Below, one piece after another: positions 27,440 through 40,330 of a DNA stretch of 64,000 bases. Both the position numbers and the translations under genes were made by a program. Source of the DNA: Raillietiella orientalis (taxonomy: Eukaryota); NCBI GenBank assembly GCA_036172245.1, contig JAYWIR010000038.1, positions 1,178,001 through 1,242,000 of the forward strand. The letters run 5' to 3'. Under the pieces are notes generated by a model. The model saw nothing but the letters and a program-made list of their open reading frames with translations. It did no database searches and had not been told where the DNA came from. Position 1 is the stretch's first letter, and each line of letters begins with the position of its first letter.

Positions 27440-28230
27440 GGCGTCAACTCCAGGAGCACCTCCAGGTGCAGCGGGGAGCTTTGCTCCGGTTGCCAGGGCC
27501 ACGTCCTCCGCGTTGAGAAAGAGCGGAACGGCTCCTGGGCCATTCCAAATGGAGCCGGGAGGGGCAGGTCGGTACCCCCTTCCCAGGAGGGGTCCACCAC
27601 TCCGACCGTGGAGGAGCACCGCGGGTCGTATTCCCTTGAAGAGAGGGAAGGAATGCGCGCGCCGACGGGGTTGTGCTCCGCGCAGTATACGCTCCGGAGC
27701 GCTGCGTCCGCGCGACAGCCAGGAAGGCGTTCTTCCCGGTGGGAAAGCTCCCTCGTGGAGGGACGGGAAGGAATGGCGCCCTTCTCTTGCGTGGAACAGA
27801 GCAGGGGAAGGGGCGTTTTGATCACCCGATGTCCCCAGGTTTTGACGCTCCTCCTCTCTCGGATGCCCCTCCCTTTCCCTCACCCTCCACGCGGCCTTGC
27901 CAGATCCTCGCCGGCCACGTCTTGCCGGCACGCAGGTCTTTTCCCTTTCGCTATCTGCATTGGCGCCACCTTCTGCTGCGGAGCTGAGTCGGAGCTGCTG
28001 GAAGAACAGTCCGAAGGGATCCAAGGGTCTCCTGCGATCGCCAGGTCATGTCGGAGCAACTAGCTGGAACGGCGATCGCCCTGGCCACCTGCCGGGATCT
28101 CTCGAACCCTCCCACCAACCTTGCGCAAGGGTCGGAGCGATTCACCCTGCTTCTCCGCAGGGGGGCGCCTGCGACCCGGGATCCACCAGCGCCACCTCTC
28201 TCTCTACCCTCCCTCCCCCTTCCGTTCTTT
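27440..28230 (+). mobile_element. Degenerate LINE unit: ORF1 relic joined to 3' end
   Basis: GHVLRVEKERNGSWAIPNG and VYAPERCVR, then AIALATCRDL and the UTR-like ccctcccccttccgtt. Confidence 0.45.
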
Positions 28231-28512
28231 GGCGCGGCCTCTTTGACCTCGCGCTTCTGACCGGACCACCCTGCCAGGTGTCGCGGAAGGCCGCACCTCC
28301 GATTCCTCCGGGAAGGTACAAGCGTAGTATCCGGACACTCCGCCGCCGAACAGCCCTTTGCTGCTCTCCCCCTCTGGCGCTTATCGTGAGCGGATCGCAA
28401 CCCGTTTCCTGGACGCCGTAATTTCTTCCGCTTCGCGCAATTTCCTTCCCTCTTGGAGGGTTGCTGGAAGTCCTGAAACGCGAGCTGGTCGCTAGGAGAT
28501 CGCGCTCTGCTG

Positions 28513-28626
28513 TCTCCACCCCTTTTCCCTTCGTCCTCTTCCTCTTCCCTTATTCCTCCTTCCTTCTCCTCTTCCCCCTTTCCCCTCCTCCTTCCTTCCT
28601 CCTTTTCTTCCCCCCCCCCTTCTTCC
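28513..28626 (+). repeat. Polypyrimidine (CCT/TTC-rich) tract
   Basis: About 110 nt almost exclusively C/T. Confidence 0.9.
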
Positions 28627-29099
28627 GTCCAACCACCTAGCATTCAGTCCGACGCCTGCCGCCTCCTCAGCGGATCCCTGACTGGAAGGAGTGGAGACTC
28701 CAGCGTTGGGACCACATGAAACACAGGAAGTTGGCCTGCTGCGCCAGCCCTGGTCCTGATGGAAGGCGGATCGGAGCGATTCGACGCGTGAGGAAGTGGA
28801 GCGGTGAAGAGCGTCCAGGAAATAGAGATCAGCTGTGGTCATCACTGTCAGGGGGAGCTGGTGCAGAGTGTCCGGAGTTTCTTGGAAGTCTTACCTATGC
28901 AGGGTGGGGGAGGTCGACCTAGGGTGAGGAACGGAAGCCGCGTGTTTGGACGCTGGAACCTTTGCGCCGACAGTTGAATGCACACCATCCTCCCGCCTCC
29001 ATCCCATCCTCCTTCCAGGATCGGAGAGCACCGAAGAGGGGCGCCGACGCCCCTTCGCCTCTTGTCATCTCATGCTCTGCAGCGCTTCCCGTAGTCCCG

Positions 29100-29420
29100 T
29101 CGAATCGAAGAGCAGCTCTTACGCGTTCCTCCGAATCAAAGACGCCTGTCGCAGCTTGCGGCGGGGTGTTCAGGCGAAGGGCGTCCGGTTGCCTCCTTCA
29201 GCTCCGCTCCCTCCTCTAAGAGAGCATCAGCGAAAGTCCTGCTGGAGGAGAGGCAGCAGCGAAGTTGCAGCGTCCTCCGGGCGTCGCTGCCCATTCCTAA
29301 GCCGAGACGTCTCCCTTCTCCCCCTTCCCCACCGGGAGGAGAATGCGCGCGGGCGAGCCGCGCGGCACCCGGTGCTGGCGTTTCCTTCGCGGTTCATCTT
29401 CTTCTCCGGCATGAGGATTG
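29100..29420 (-). mobile_element. Gypsy-like gag relic
   Basis: RAFSSR and KGEKGDVSA*EWAATPGGRCNF (compare RxxFxxRxQxxGE...LAxxCNF). Confidence 0.3.
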
Positions 29421-29497
29421 CACGGTGCGTCGCCAGGAGCGACGAGAGACCTCAGCTTTGCGCGACTCGTGGCTTCGCGAAATTTCCGAGCAGCTGG

Positions 29498-29644
29498 CTT
29501 CCTCCCCCTTTCCCTCCCTTCCTCCTCCTTTCTTCCTTCTTCTTTTCCCTTCCCCATCCTACCTTCCTCCTTCTCCTCCTCCCCTCTCCCTCCCTTCTTT
29601 CTCCTTTTCCTTCCCCCCTCCTGCCTCCCTTCTTCCTTCTTTCC
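29498..29644 (+). repeat. Polypyrimidine (CCT/TTC-rich) tract
   Basis: About 145 nt almost exclusively C/T. Confidence 0.9.
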
Positions 29645-30249
29645 GCCGCGCAAGTTCTTCGCAACGTCCCGGGCGCCTCCGCGGAGTCGCCGCCGTGAAC
29701 GCGCAGCCTCGGTGCCGGCGGGAAATACCAACTCCTCTCTTTCGTGTCACCGCTTGCGAGGCGGCTTTTCCGTGCCCCGGGGACCTGACCTCTCGAATGC
29801 TGGTCCGACGGTCCTCATCTTCTCATTAGCGCCGTGTGGGAAATCATTGCAAAACGATGCTGGGCAGCGTCATTAAACCAATTCACTTTCATCCCACACC
29901 ACCTTTCTCTGCTGGTGCCCGTCATCGCCACGCGGTCAGCCTCGGTCGTCAGGCGACGGAGAAAACGCACTCCTCCCCGTGTGCCGAGGCTGGGGAGGAG
30001 GTGGAAAATCAAGTGAGAAAGGGGAAGAGGAAAGGAGGGAGAAGGAGAAGGAGGAGGATGCCGTCCTTCCCGGGCCCGATGGATATCGGGGAAGCCGCTG
30101 CCTGACGCTCCTCCTCGGGACTGGGAAGGCCTTTCGTTTCCATAGAATCGACAAAGCTGTGGGAGGGTTGCCACGCAGCGAGCCTCCCGCGCCCCTGGAG
30201 GGGAAACGGGAAAGCCCGAGCGCCCTCCCCTCGGCAGCCACACCAGGCA

Positions 30250-30560
30250 GGCGCTCGTGAGAATCCCTGCCGGTCCGGCAAGCTTCCGGTTCCGTCTCGC
30301 AGTCGCTGCACCGACGGCTTGGTCGCCCTGGAGACGCCTTCCTTCGTCCCGAGGGTCGTTGTCATCCTGAGGTGGGCTCTGCGGGGATGGGACCACGGGA
30401 GGAGGAGCCGCGACGGTTCGCCGTCCCCTCCTTCCTCCTCCTCCCCCTTGGCCCGTCCGAGCCGCGGGTCCACGGGAGACCGCTGAGGCCAGGGGTGGCC
30501 CAGCCGTCCAGGAGGTGTCGGGGGAGGGAGCGCCATGACCTTCGTCGCGAGTTGTCTCCC
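30250..30560 (+). mobile_element. Tx1/L1-like ORF1 relic
   Basis: VPSFLLLPLG....VHG.....AQPSRRCRGRERH then ASC fits IPSxLxxxG...YxGQPxxCxxCGxxGHxxxxC. Confidence 0.5.
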
Positions 30561-32049
30561 CTGGGACGGCGGAATTTTTAGCGCTTCCGGCACTCCGGCG
30601 GCGTTCCCCGGTGCCCAGCCCCCTTCCGCGGATGCCCACGCGGAAGAGAACTTCCCCGCAATCCGGGGGCCGGAGATCTCCTCCTCGTGGACTTCTCTCC
30701 TCAGAGCTGGGCACAAATTCAGAGGGAGGGGAGGCGCCGCCCTTCCGCTTCCGTGCGAGGGTTATTGAGAGGGTGCGAAGGGGGAGCCGGGGAATCACCC
30801 TGCAGGTGTATGGATGGTTGGCTGCAGGCATCCATGAAGATAGGACGCTCGTCCCTCGGCCAAGTAGATCCACCTTTCGCTTGGTCTTGCCCCAGCCTCC
30901 CTCAACCCAGCCCCTTGTCTGTTGCTGCTTTCCCGTAGGTTTCGCTCTTTCTTTGAATGCGAGGGTGTGGTGGGGTGGAGGTGGGAGTGGCTCGTCTGAG
31001 GGAGAGGAGGATTTGCAGAGAACTGGGAATGCCCAAACCACGCTGCGCCCCAAGATCAGTGCATCCTGGAGAAGGGGGACACGAGGTCAGCCGCGTCTCA
31101 TTTAGGCAAATCCCCCCTGCCGCCGCTCCTTTTGCCATCTGGAGCTCCCGAGGCGGTGGGAAACGGCCCTCGGGGCCTCCTACCCTGGGACAGGATTGCA
31201 GGAAGGGGAGGAACCCTGACCGCGCTAGGCTGGCGGACGGAACCGGTGCCGCGAGCTTGCAGGTGGCGAGGCCCTGAAGGGAGAGGAGCTCCTGCGATGC
31301 GCCGCGGGAAGCGGCGGCAGCGCCCCCCCAGGTTACGGGGACTGAAGCAGCTCCTCCAGGCAGGGAGGGCGCCGGACCTCTTTGCGCGCCCCGGATGCAA
31401 ACGGGGAGGCTGCGGACCCGGTTTCGAGGAGGGGCAGCAGTGCTTCGGGAACCCCCTTTCCCAGCTGCGTCTTTCTCAGAGAGGACCTTAGCTCGGCCCG
31501 GCGGCCCTCGGGGTTCGGGACGGAGCGAGCGGACCGGGCGGATTTTCCGTCGCGCGCGAAGGCAACCGCCCCAGGGCGTGGGAACTTCCAGCCGAACGAG
31601 CTCGCGGAGAAAGCGTTGGAGGAACCTCCGTTGGAGAATCCCCCCCCTTCCTCCCTGCGCTCTCCGATGGAACTTCCGGGTGCGGGATGCGGCCGCTCCT
31701 CGTCCTGTGGCTTTCCGCCTACGGCTGCTGCAGCCTCGCAGTCGCGTCGGCGGCCGTGCGGTCTCCGTGCATGGCACCGAACGTCTTGGGTTCGAATTCC
31801 CCTTGGGGAAGTGTCGGCGCAGACAATGAAGGAGAGAGTGGGTATCGAGTTACCCCCTGCAGGATGACTGTCGGGTTAGCGCCGACACTGGTGGGATCAG
31901 TTGCTTCCGTTGACTGACCTCCGGGATTGGAAGTTGACCTTCCAGGATTCTTCCTGGAATCAAGGAACCTCAGGGTTCCCCTCCGGTTGTGAAGATGGAA
32001 CCGTGCCATCGCGTACCTTGGATCTGGTTCCCACCCCCTCGGGATTGCC

Positions 32050-32245
32050 TCTCCAGAGTGTTAAGAAGAAGAGCCCTTCGGGGAGCTCCCTCCACAGAAA
32101 AGGAGAAGCGTCCCTTCGAGATTCTCTTCAGAGGAGGAGGAAACCAGGAGCGGCTCCCTTGCGGGTTCTTCCCATAGGAGAAATGAAGAGTGGTCTCCTC
32201 TGGAGTCGGGAAAGAAGAGATTCCCTTTGGGATTCCCTTAAGACA
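32050..32245 (+). repeat. Degenerate ~40-bp minisatellite
   Basis: Repeating gaag..tcccttcgggattctcttca-gagg unit, homologous to the reverse complement of 47405-47640. Confidence 0.6.
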
Positions 32246-32929
32246 CGAAAAAGTGGACAAAGGATTGCCCTGTGAAGCAGTGAGAGGTCCAGAGTCCAGC
32301 TGAAGAACTTGTTTGCTCCACGTCGGGACGGTGGCTTCGGCCTCCTGACGCTGGAGCGAATGGAGACCAAGCTGTGATGGGAAACAACAGCATCGCAGCG
32401 AAGTACTGGAGCTCTCCCTGGCGCGTTCCCTCACGTCTCCTCGCCAGCCGTGCGACTGGAACGGAAGGGCTCACGTCTTACCTTTCGTGACCTGGAAGGA
32501 AAGTGAGAAGATGAGGTCTCCACCTCGGTCTCATGGCCACCCTGGCGAAGGAGAACGGCTGGATGGCCTGCTGCCCCTCACACTCTAACGCCTGACTAGA
32601 AGAAACTGTTGCACGTGGACAAAGCTGAAGGAGCGCAGCTCGGAGAGGTGCGACTCGGCATCCACGCCCGCTGCGAGCAGCATAAGATCCTAGAGAGTCC
32701 CAGTGTGAGCGCATGGGAGGAGCTTACACCCCCTTGTCTCAGCGCTGCTGCCTTCCTTGAGGGAGGTTAATGGCACAGCGACGAGCTGGGAGGTCTCCCG
32801 AGAGATGGCAGGCAGGAGGAAGAGGACCAATGGCTGGACCACTGGGCAGCTGACCGACTCTGAGATCCCAAGTGCCCTTCCATCTGGAATCGCACTCTCG
32901 GACGAGCTGCTTGGCATTCCTAGCGAAGA

Positions 32930-33680
32930 TCTGAAGTGGTCCCGGTTTCCGTGGACGGCAGCACCCTCCCCCTGAAGTGGCAGGAGTCGGCTTTCTGCTG
33001 CTGCACTGGGGTCTTCCTTGCAACGCCCGCCGACAACTTTGGTCACAGGGGAGTGCGAGTCCGGACTGTCGCAGGTGCGCAGTACTGGAGTCCCTCCCGC
33101 ACCTGCTTGTGGACTGTATTTCCCTCCGGCCCTTGTCGTTGCGTTTCACAACGGCCGTAGGTGAACCAGTGAACGTTCCCAGAGACATGTTGAAGCGCCT
33201 CTTCGTGAACGACGCCCTTTCACCTGCCGCGGCCCTAGCAGCCCTTTGCTGCCTACGTAGGATTGTGGCGGCCTGGAGCTACGGAACGAGAGGACGGCAC
33301 GATAAGGACGCTATCTGCTTCGCCTTGGACTTCCTGAGGACGGCAGTCAGATGGCCCCATCTGAGGCATACGCAGCTGGAACTTGCCGGTATCCAGGAAA
33401 GGATGTAGCGGAAGGCCTTCAGAGGAATGTGATCCTTTCCTTGACTCCCTCCCTCCTTTTTTTTTTTTTTTGTAAATAGTGTTTTGTTTTATTTTTCTTT
33501 TTGTTTGTCTCTTCCCCTTCCGTTGCCGAGTCGAAACTCACAGGCTTGCGTGCCGGTTACTCGGCAAGTTCGGGACTCTTTCGGACGTTGTAGGGCCTAT
33601 GGCCCTACACATGCTTCTTTATGTAGAAATAAATGCCCCGGCGCACCCACATGTCAAACGAGTTCTTCGGGGTGCGCACC
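32930..33680 (+). mobile_element. Tx1/L1-like LINE 3' end: zf-RVT/CCHC region, stop and 3'UTR
   Basis: FLLLHWGLPCNARRQLW....PDCRRCAVLESLPHLLVDC matches the zf-RVT pattern. After the stop at 33408 comes a T-rich UTR and AATAAA at 33628. Confidence 0.8.
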
Positions 33681-34159
33681 AAGTAGGTGACTTTACCGAA
33701 GGAGCCCTCTCCACCTGGGAACGAGGAGTGGCGGCGTCCACCAACGCGCTCGTCTTGTAGCCGTCGAGAAGTTTCTCGGCTCCTGCAATGCTGCAGGACA
33801 ACCCCTACCCCGCAGGTCGACCGATGTCACCGTTTGCCCCGAGGGCAGGCAGTGCTGCGGTAAGGGGTGAGACGGCTATCCGAGATCACCGCGTCCAGTC
33901 CTGCTCGGATCACCGAAGAGTCCACTTTTCGCACGTCCTTCCTTCAGATGTCTCGCGGAGAAATCGCCAGCAGCACTCGCGATCACCATCTAATTCTCCA
34001 TTCGGAAAAAGGGCAGTGCATGCGTCAAGGAGTCACCTGCGCCAACGTAAGGGCTCCGTCCGCCCTGGATGGCATCCCTCACACCTGCGCGGATCCACGA
34101 GACCTCGCTTGAGACGAACGTGAGGGGACATGAGGGGGCATTACAGATCACCTGTGGTC

Positions 34160-34720
34160 TCAGCGATCGCGTGCGAGCGAGTGGTCGTGGCTGTTGATCC
34201 TCGCTGCTGCGAGATTCCGGTGCAACCAGCTCAGGTGCTGGTTCTGGGGGGCAGGTGCTCTCTTCCTCCCCTCGAGTTGTTTGAGACGCGGGACGACGGA
34301 ATCGCTCCCGCACCTCCCGGCACCCTGGAAGGACATTTGGCGGTAGCAACTCGCTTAGGCGGTTCGCCACCCGGAGGACACCGCCAAGGACTCGCTGCAG
34401 CGGTTTCTTCACGCGGGGCGGGCCCATCGCGGGTGCCGTGATCGCGACGGAATGCTGCGCCTACTCGCCACCGTCGCAGCCCTCTTGATGGAGTTTCGCT
34501 CGCAGAGAAGGGAGGCAACCACAACAGCAGCCTTCCTCCCCAGGACGGCTGTGAGTCGACCTCACCTGCCGGAGTCGCTAGGGAGAGCTCGCGCCAGTTC
34601 TAGGAAGATAGGAGCATCTCATGCCAAAGACCCCCGACCCTATCCTCCCGTCCTTTATTTCTTTGTTGTCCCCTCCCTCCGTTCTGAACTTCCCTAAAAG
34701 CCGGCCCGCGTGCCGGTAGT
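34160..34720 (+). mobile_element. Degenerate LINE 3' end, same family
   Basis: CLRRGTTESLPHL, DTAKDSLQRF and TAVSRPHLPE across frameshifts. The UTR tttgttgtcccctccctccgtt...gcgtgccgg is shared with the 33.5 and 49.0 kb copies. Confidence 0.65.
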
Positions 34721-35549
34721 CACCTCTCCTGAACTTCCTTCTTTTCTCGTCGTTGCTGTCCTGTGCTTGTACTCGTGGGGGCACTCGAGATCCCCCTAAT
34801 TCACATTTCATTTCTTTTTGAAGGAACGCCCTGGCGTGACCGGGCGCGAATGGCCGTCCGAGACGAGTTGCGTCGCTCCGAGGAAAGGCGGGTGCGCAGA
34901 AGACACCGCTTCTTTTCCTCCTCCCGAACCGCACATGCCCAGTCTGCTGCGTCGAGCGCATCTGGTCATGGATGCATCGTAGAACGTTCTTGCAAGAAAG
35001 CTGAAGGTGTTTTTCCTCCCCTCCCCCCTTCATAGCTTGGGGGTGTTTATGAACTGTGCTCACTGGGTCACGGACTTTTTCTTTGTTTTTTATTTCCTTC
35101 CATGCTTTCACATTTTTTCCTCATTTTCGACCCTCCGCACCTCGGACCAAGCTCTTTCCTCCAGCCTCTGAGAGTGGTCCGTCCTCGCTTTCGCTCCACT
35201 CTTTCGCCCAGACTTCCGCTGCGGCCGCTGCCGGCCGCGACCGGCCCTCCCGGCGGCCGCGCGCAGGAGGGTGGGGGACGGCGCGCCGTTTCCTCGGGGC
35301 GATTTCGCTGCCGCCGGCAGAGGAGAGCCGCTTCTGGACGGTTCGCGGAAGGTAGTGAGAGGAGCGCCGCTGGTGTCCACCTGCCAGAGGTACCAGCAGG
35401 AGGGTCGGAGCTCGGCCGACCGATCCCGGGGACGCCGGAGCCTAGACCAGGAACCGAAAAACGGCTGTTCTCGAGCATTCGACCTAGGGACCCAGGATTT
35501 TTCGGTTCTCCTACAGACCGCGGGCAAGCTTGACTGACACGAGAGCGGT

Positions 35550-36330
35550 CCAATTTCGCCATTGAAGATGCCATCGTCTCCACGAAGCCGCGGGGCAGGG
35601 AGGGAAGGGATGCGATGGGAAAAACGCAACCTCCTTCGGTTCGCGCCTTCGTGTCGACGCCCCAGCGTCGGATGGTCCAAAGATGGTCCTGCGGACTGCT
35701 CGAGAAAAGGAGGACGAAACTCCAAGCGGAGGCACTCGCTGCGCATGCGCTGCTGCTTGGCGGCGCGCACCGACTGACCGGCAAGAGTTTCGTGGGGGTG
35801 CGCGCGCGAGGAAGCATTGTCCAAAGGGTCTCCTCCTTCTCCAGGACCTTCCCAATCCGCCTCGTATCTTCTCCGCCAGCGACCCCACTTCCACTGCCGC
35901 CGCTCTTTACGCGAGAGGCCTTGACGCAGAGACCAACTAAAGGAAGGCCTTATCGCCTGAGAAAGAAGAATTCTTGTCGACCCCGCATAATGGAGATCAC
36001 CGACGCATGTCTGTTATCGCGGGCGATTCGGCAATGCTGCCCCGAGGCAATGAATACCTTTCCAGCAAGTGTTGAATGCTGTCGCCCGCCGAGGGGCCAC
36101 TGCGGGTGGAGCTGCTGAAACGATAGAGACGGTCCAGTTGCGTCGGCGCTTCTCGCCTTCCACTCCGGAGTGCGACCTGACGCATCGCGGTTGCCATGGG
36201 AGGCGAAAGTCGTCCAGGCGCCAGCAGCCGGGTTAATCTTGCAGGCAACTTAAATAATTCCCTCCTGTTATAGCACCGCCTCTCGTGCAACAGTTCCTTT
36301 AGCAAGTCGAACGTCTCCGAATGACTCTTT
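35550..36330 (-). mobile_element. Gypsy-like gag-knuckle-protease relic
   Basis: TFDLLKELLH, then AKQQRMRSEC (decayed knuckle), then FVETMASS (compare VDTGAS), in the expected order. Confidence 0.3.
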
Positions 36331-36479
36331 TGTGTATGTGTGTAAAGGCCAGTGGCCACCTCACGAGGGGATCGTCACTACTCATTTAGGGATGGTGGGG
36401 GATCGCTGATTCATTTTTCCTGCCGTCCATATCCTTGAAGACTTTTTCGCTTTTTTTGGAGGGGAAGCGGGTAGGGGGG

Positions 36480-36640
36480 TTCGCCGAGTACTCGATAACC
36501 ATTGCCTCACCCCACGGGGTAATCGGAGCTGCTCGATAGCGTCGCCACGCGAAGGTTCGCAAGGCGTTCCCACTGTCATGCGTATCCGAAGTGCGCGTGA
36601 AGTGTGGAAGGGAGGGGACCACTCCCGATCCGCTTTTAGT
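36480..36640 (+). mobile_element. ORF1 zinc-knuckle relic
   Basis: gtg aag tgt gga agg gag ggg (ac)cac reads VKCGREG-H with a small frameshift. Confidence 0.35.
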
Positions 36641-37839
36641 CAGCGGATCGGTCATCCGGCCGCGGGGCTGCCGATGCACGAACCCCAAACCTGAGCCGCC
36701 GTCTCCGCGAGCCATCTTGAGGTCGACCCGAAACCAGCTCTGCATCGGGCCATCCGGCAATGGGTGGTGATTCAAACTCACGACGCTTGGTGCCGCGCGC
36801 GGACTCAGTGGCCGCAAGGCTGCCAACTTCGCTTCGGATTTCATTTTTACTTTTTATTTATTTTATTCTATTTTTTAAATTTTCCTATGGAAGCGCTCCA
36901 TGCGTGACCGATGCATTCATTATAAGGCATTGCGGGATCTTCCTGGGAGTGGCGAAACTTACTCGACATAACCCCAGACGACCTATGTTTGAATGGGGGC
37001 GATGCAGTTTCGCACGTTCGGAACGGTTGATGGCGTTCACATTGTAACCAGGAAAGGTGGTACTTTTGGAGGTTGCCACAGAGAACCCAAGAGCGAAGGC
37101 ACACGCCTCCAGGACAGCTAACAAATGAGGCCTCCCTCAGCACAGAGAACAGCGTTTTTTTCTATTGTTTCGCCCTGCGGCCATCTCGTCGACCAAACTT
37201 GATCCAGACACGCCAAAAATCCCCTTCCCCCCCCCCTCCCTCCCCAACACTCCCTTTCTCGTGTGAATCAAGGGGAGGGGCAATGTTTGCACTCGATCCT
37301 CTCGAAAGTCGCACGGGGCGCACGCACCATCTGGCGGCCGACTTGGTAAGCTCAGGTCTCGGGGCACGCTTTATCCTGACGAGATGCTCGGCCACCGACA
37401 CCATGGAGACGGAGAGGGGCCACTCGCGCGGGAAGGTGGCGCCGCCAGAGCTGGGGAGGAACACAGAGGCATATGCCCTCCTGATTGGAGCGACCCTCGC
37501 TCCCGGGGGATCGGTTTGCGCCCACCCATTCGAGCTCCCCAAGGAACAGAGGCCGCCCTCCGCAGCCTTTCGGAACGGCCTCCTGGGGCAAGTCTTTAGC
37601 CCGCTCCTTGGGCTTCCTTGCCGGGCGCGCTTCTCGAGATGGCAAGTTGTTGGTGGCGGATCCTCCCGTCCGCATCGCCGGAAGGGTCCCCGAGAGAACA
37701 CCACCCTTCCCCCTCCCTCTCCCGCTCGCAGCTCTCCCGAATCCTCAAGGACGATGGAGAGGGCGAGAGAAGAGAAAAAGGGAGAACCCTCAGGGGATAA
37801 AAGAGGTGAATGTCCGGAGGAGCGCCCCCGCTTCGTGCA

Positions 37840-38100
37840 GAGCCCTGAGGAACTCCCCGCCATTTTGCGGCCATTTTGAAAAGTCATCTCCGGTCGCGTC
37901 CGGGAGACGACGGCGTGTCCTTTCGCCCCTCGCCGCCATGTTCCGCGTGTGGAGGGGGATCCCGAAGGCGAGCCACCCCGAAGGAGGCGCCTCCTCCGCC
38001 CCTGCCCAATCCGCAGGTCATCGCCGACCGGCGCGCGGGAGGCTGGTCCTCTCGAGCGTGAGCCCGCGAGACGGTGCAGGGCGCATGGAAGGGAGTGGCT
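37840..38100 (+). mobile_element. Tx1/L1-like ORF1 relic
   Basis: EELPAILRPF*KVISGRVRE (RRM-like L.PFGKV) followed by PARRCRAHGRE (decayed knuckle). Confidence 0.5.
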
Positions 38101-38859
38101 GCGTGGGACGAGGTCGGCGTCTGCTTCCTCCTCGAGGCCCGCCGGACACGACATCCAGGCTACACCACACGCGCCCCCGCTTGACCTCTCGTTGCCGCTG
38201 GCCGCAGGTCCAGGTCAGGTGCTGCGTGCCCCTTCACCCTCTCTTCCTCCCTCCGTCCTCTCCGTCTTCTTCCCCCTGCTGCGCAGATGTCCCTGTCCCC
38301 TCGTGTCTCGCACTTTTACCCTACCTCTCCGTCTGCCCCCACCTTCGACCGTCGAGGAATTCCGTCGGCTGCTTCCCGTTTTCCCTTGTCCATGTAGCGG
38401 TCCCTATCTTCGGAGAGAGCGGGTTGCTTGGCAACTCGCCGGGAGCGGTTCCGCGTCGTTCCACTCTGCCGAATGGTGCTACGCCTCCGGCACCGCCTGT
38501 GTGCGACGAAGCGCGGAGGGTCTCCAGGGAGGGGACGAGGAGGTCTCTGGAAGATGCTTGCTGGGTCCTCCTTTATGCATGAACAGTGGGATTTACCAGG
38601 ACGTCTTCCCGGCTTGTTAGCCGCATCCTCGGGACAGGGCGGCGCGTGCTGACCCAGCTGCGTACAGCTTCTTTTCCTGCGCCTCGGTCTCCCCTTCCGT
38701 GGCCACAGGGCCGCCGCCTACTCCAGGGGCGCCAGGACCTCTTCGGCCACCCCACGGTCTAGTGGCGGAAAAGGAAACGAGGGCGGTGCCCGGCGACAGA
38801 ACCCGCTCTTCGGGTTTTCCCACGCAGAGGCAGCCTACGTCTTCTGGAAAGTCTAAAAA

Positions 38860-40330
38860 CTCCTACGGGCACCTGGACGTACCTGGATGGAATCCACTCC
38901 GAGGGTTGTCCCGGCGCCTCTCAGTTTCGAAGGTGTTCGTTCGACAAGGTGATTCTCGTCGAGTTCACGGTTCGCCACCTCCCCCCATGCCAGAAGGACA
39001 CACTCGTTGTGTAGTCAGCGATGGACTCTGCGCTGACCGTCCTGCAGCGCCGCTTTTTCAGGGGTCGCGCGTGGTTTGTCGCAGAGCAAGGGGGGGGGGG
39101 AACCCTGCCGCGGCCACCTGTCTGTGGGAAGGACCAGGAACCAGCGGAGAAATGATGGGACGGAAGACATCGGCACCCTCCGTCTCCGTGGGGGCGCCGC
39201 CACACGGACGACAGGGAGGTCACCTCACCCCATCCCTCCGCACTGGACGGACACGCACGAAGGCCGGTCGACTGCGTCGCACCCGTCGGTGTTTTCTCTG
39301 GATCCGCTTTGCGAAAGCTCCCTCCCTTCCTCCTCGGGGAGCCAAAGTATCAGCAGTCGCTGGGAGGTCGAAGCCAAACCCCCGCCTCCGCCTCGGGAAT
39401 CCCCTGGGCGACCGAAGTGTCCTCCGAGCGTAGCGACCGTTGGCGACCTGGGAAAAAGACGAGCTTATTTTCAGGAGATCCGGGACAGGAGGAATCGCCC
39501 GGAGAGAAGAGCGGGGGCTCCTGAGGAGGGTTCGAAAGGTCCTCCTGGAGCGCTGCAACTCCTGGCACCCGAGTCAATGGAGCGGCCGCCTTGGCCGGCG
39601 GGCTGCCGCCTTCCATCCACCGAGGAAAGCAAGTGATGACTTCCCGCCCTGCCGCCAATTGGGCACTGCCCATCTCCTTCCCCCACGAAGGACCACGCTG
39701 CGGCCGTGGGTGCGGCGGACACGCCGATCCACCCTGAGAGCGTGGAGCCGCCTCTTCCTGAGAAGAGAAGGCGGCGGACTTGGATGCCGCTGCCGGTCTC
39801 GAAACCCGCCCACCCCGATCCACCCGAGGCTCCTTTGAGTTTCACGTGGCGCTTCCAGCCGTTTTGCCGCCCCTTGCGTTGAGGCGGCTCCTAGTAGATC
39901 CCTGGAGCGATGGCCACTGCTTCCTCCTCTCTGGGCGACCGACGCCGCTCGCGTGGCAGCGGGGCATCTCCGGAGAGGAGACAAGGAATGGGCCCGGGGG
40001 GGAAGGAAAGGAGAGCTCTCTTCCCGATGGGTCCTACGGTACGCGTGCATCCCTTCTGTAGCCTCTCGAGCGTCCCGCCGCCGCACGCGCGGGAGGGCTC
40101 CCCACTACTCCGCCCAGACTGGGACGTGGCGACCTTCCCCACTTTGAGGGAGCACCCTGCGCGTCACACCTGCAGGATGGCGGCCTCGATGATCGCACGC
40201 GCTAAGATCTGGGGGGCAGACCAAAATCGTCTGGCACCTCTTCTAGAAGGGACTCCCCAGCGGATAATGATGAGGGAGATCAGGAATGCCGTAGTTCCCT
40301 CTGCGTCACCTCCTCGCCCCGGATAGCTGG
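38860..40330 (+). mobile_element. Degenerate LINE unit: ORF1 zinc-knuckle relic followed by ORF2 C-terminal relic
   Basis: FQGSRVVCRRARGGGNPAAATC fits YxGQxxCxxCGxxGHxAxxC; GRQGGH follows. Later PFCSL...E and AASMIARAKIWGADQNRLAP. Confidence 0.5.

Noticed and set aside
31770..31805. GGTTCGAATTCC B-box/tRNA-like motif (also weak ones near 60.0 and 60.3 kb)
   Set aside because: No A-box at the right spacing and no cloverleaf.
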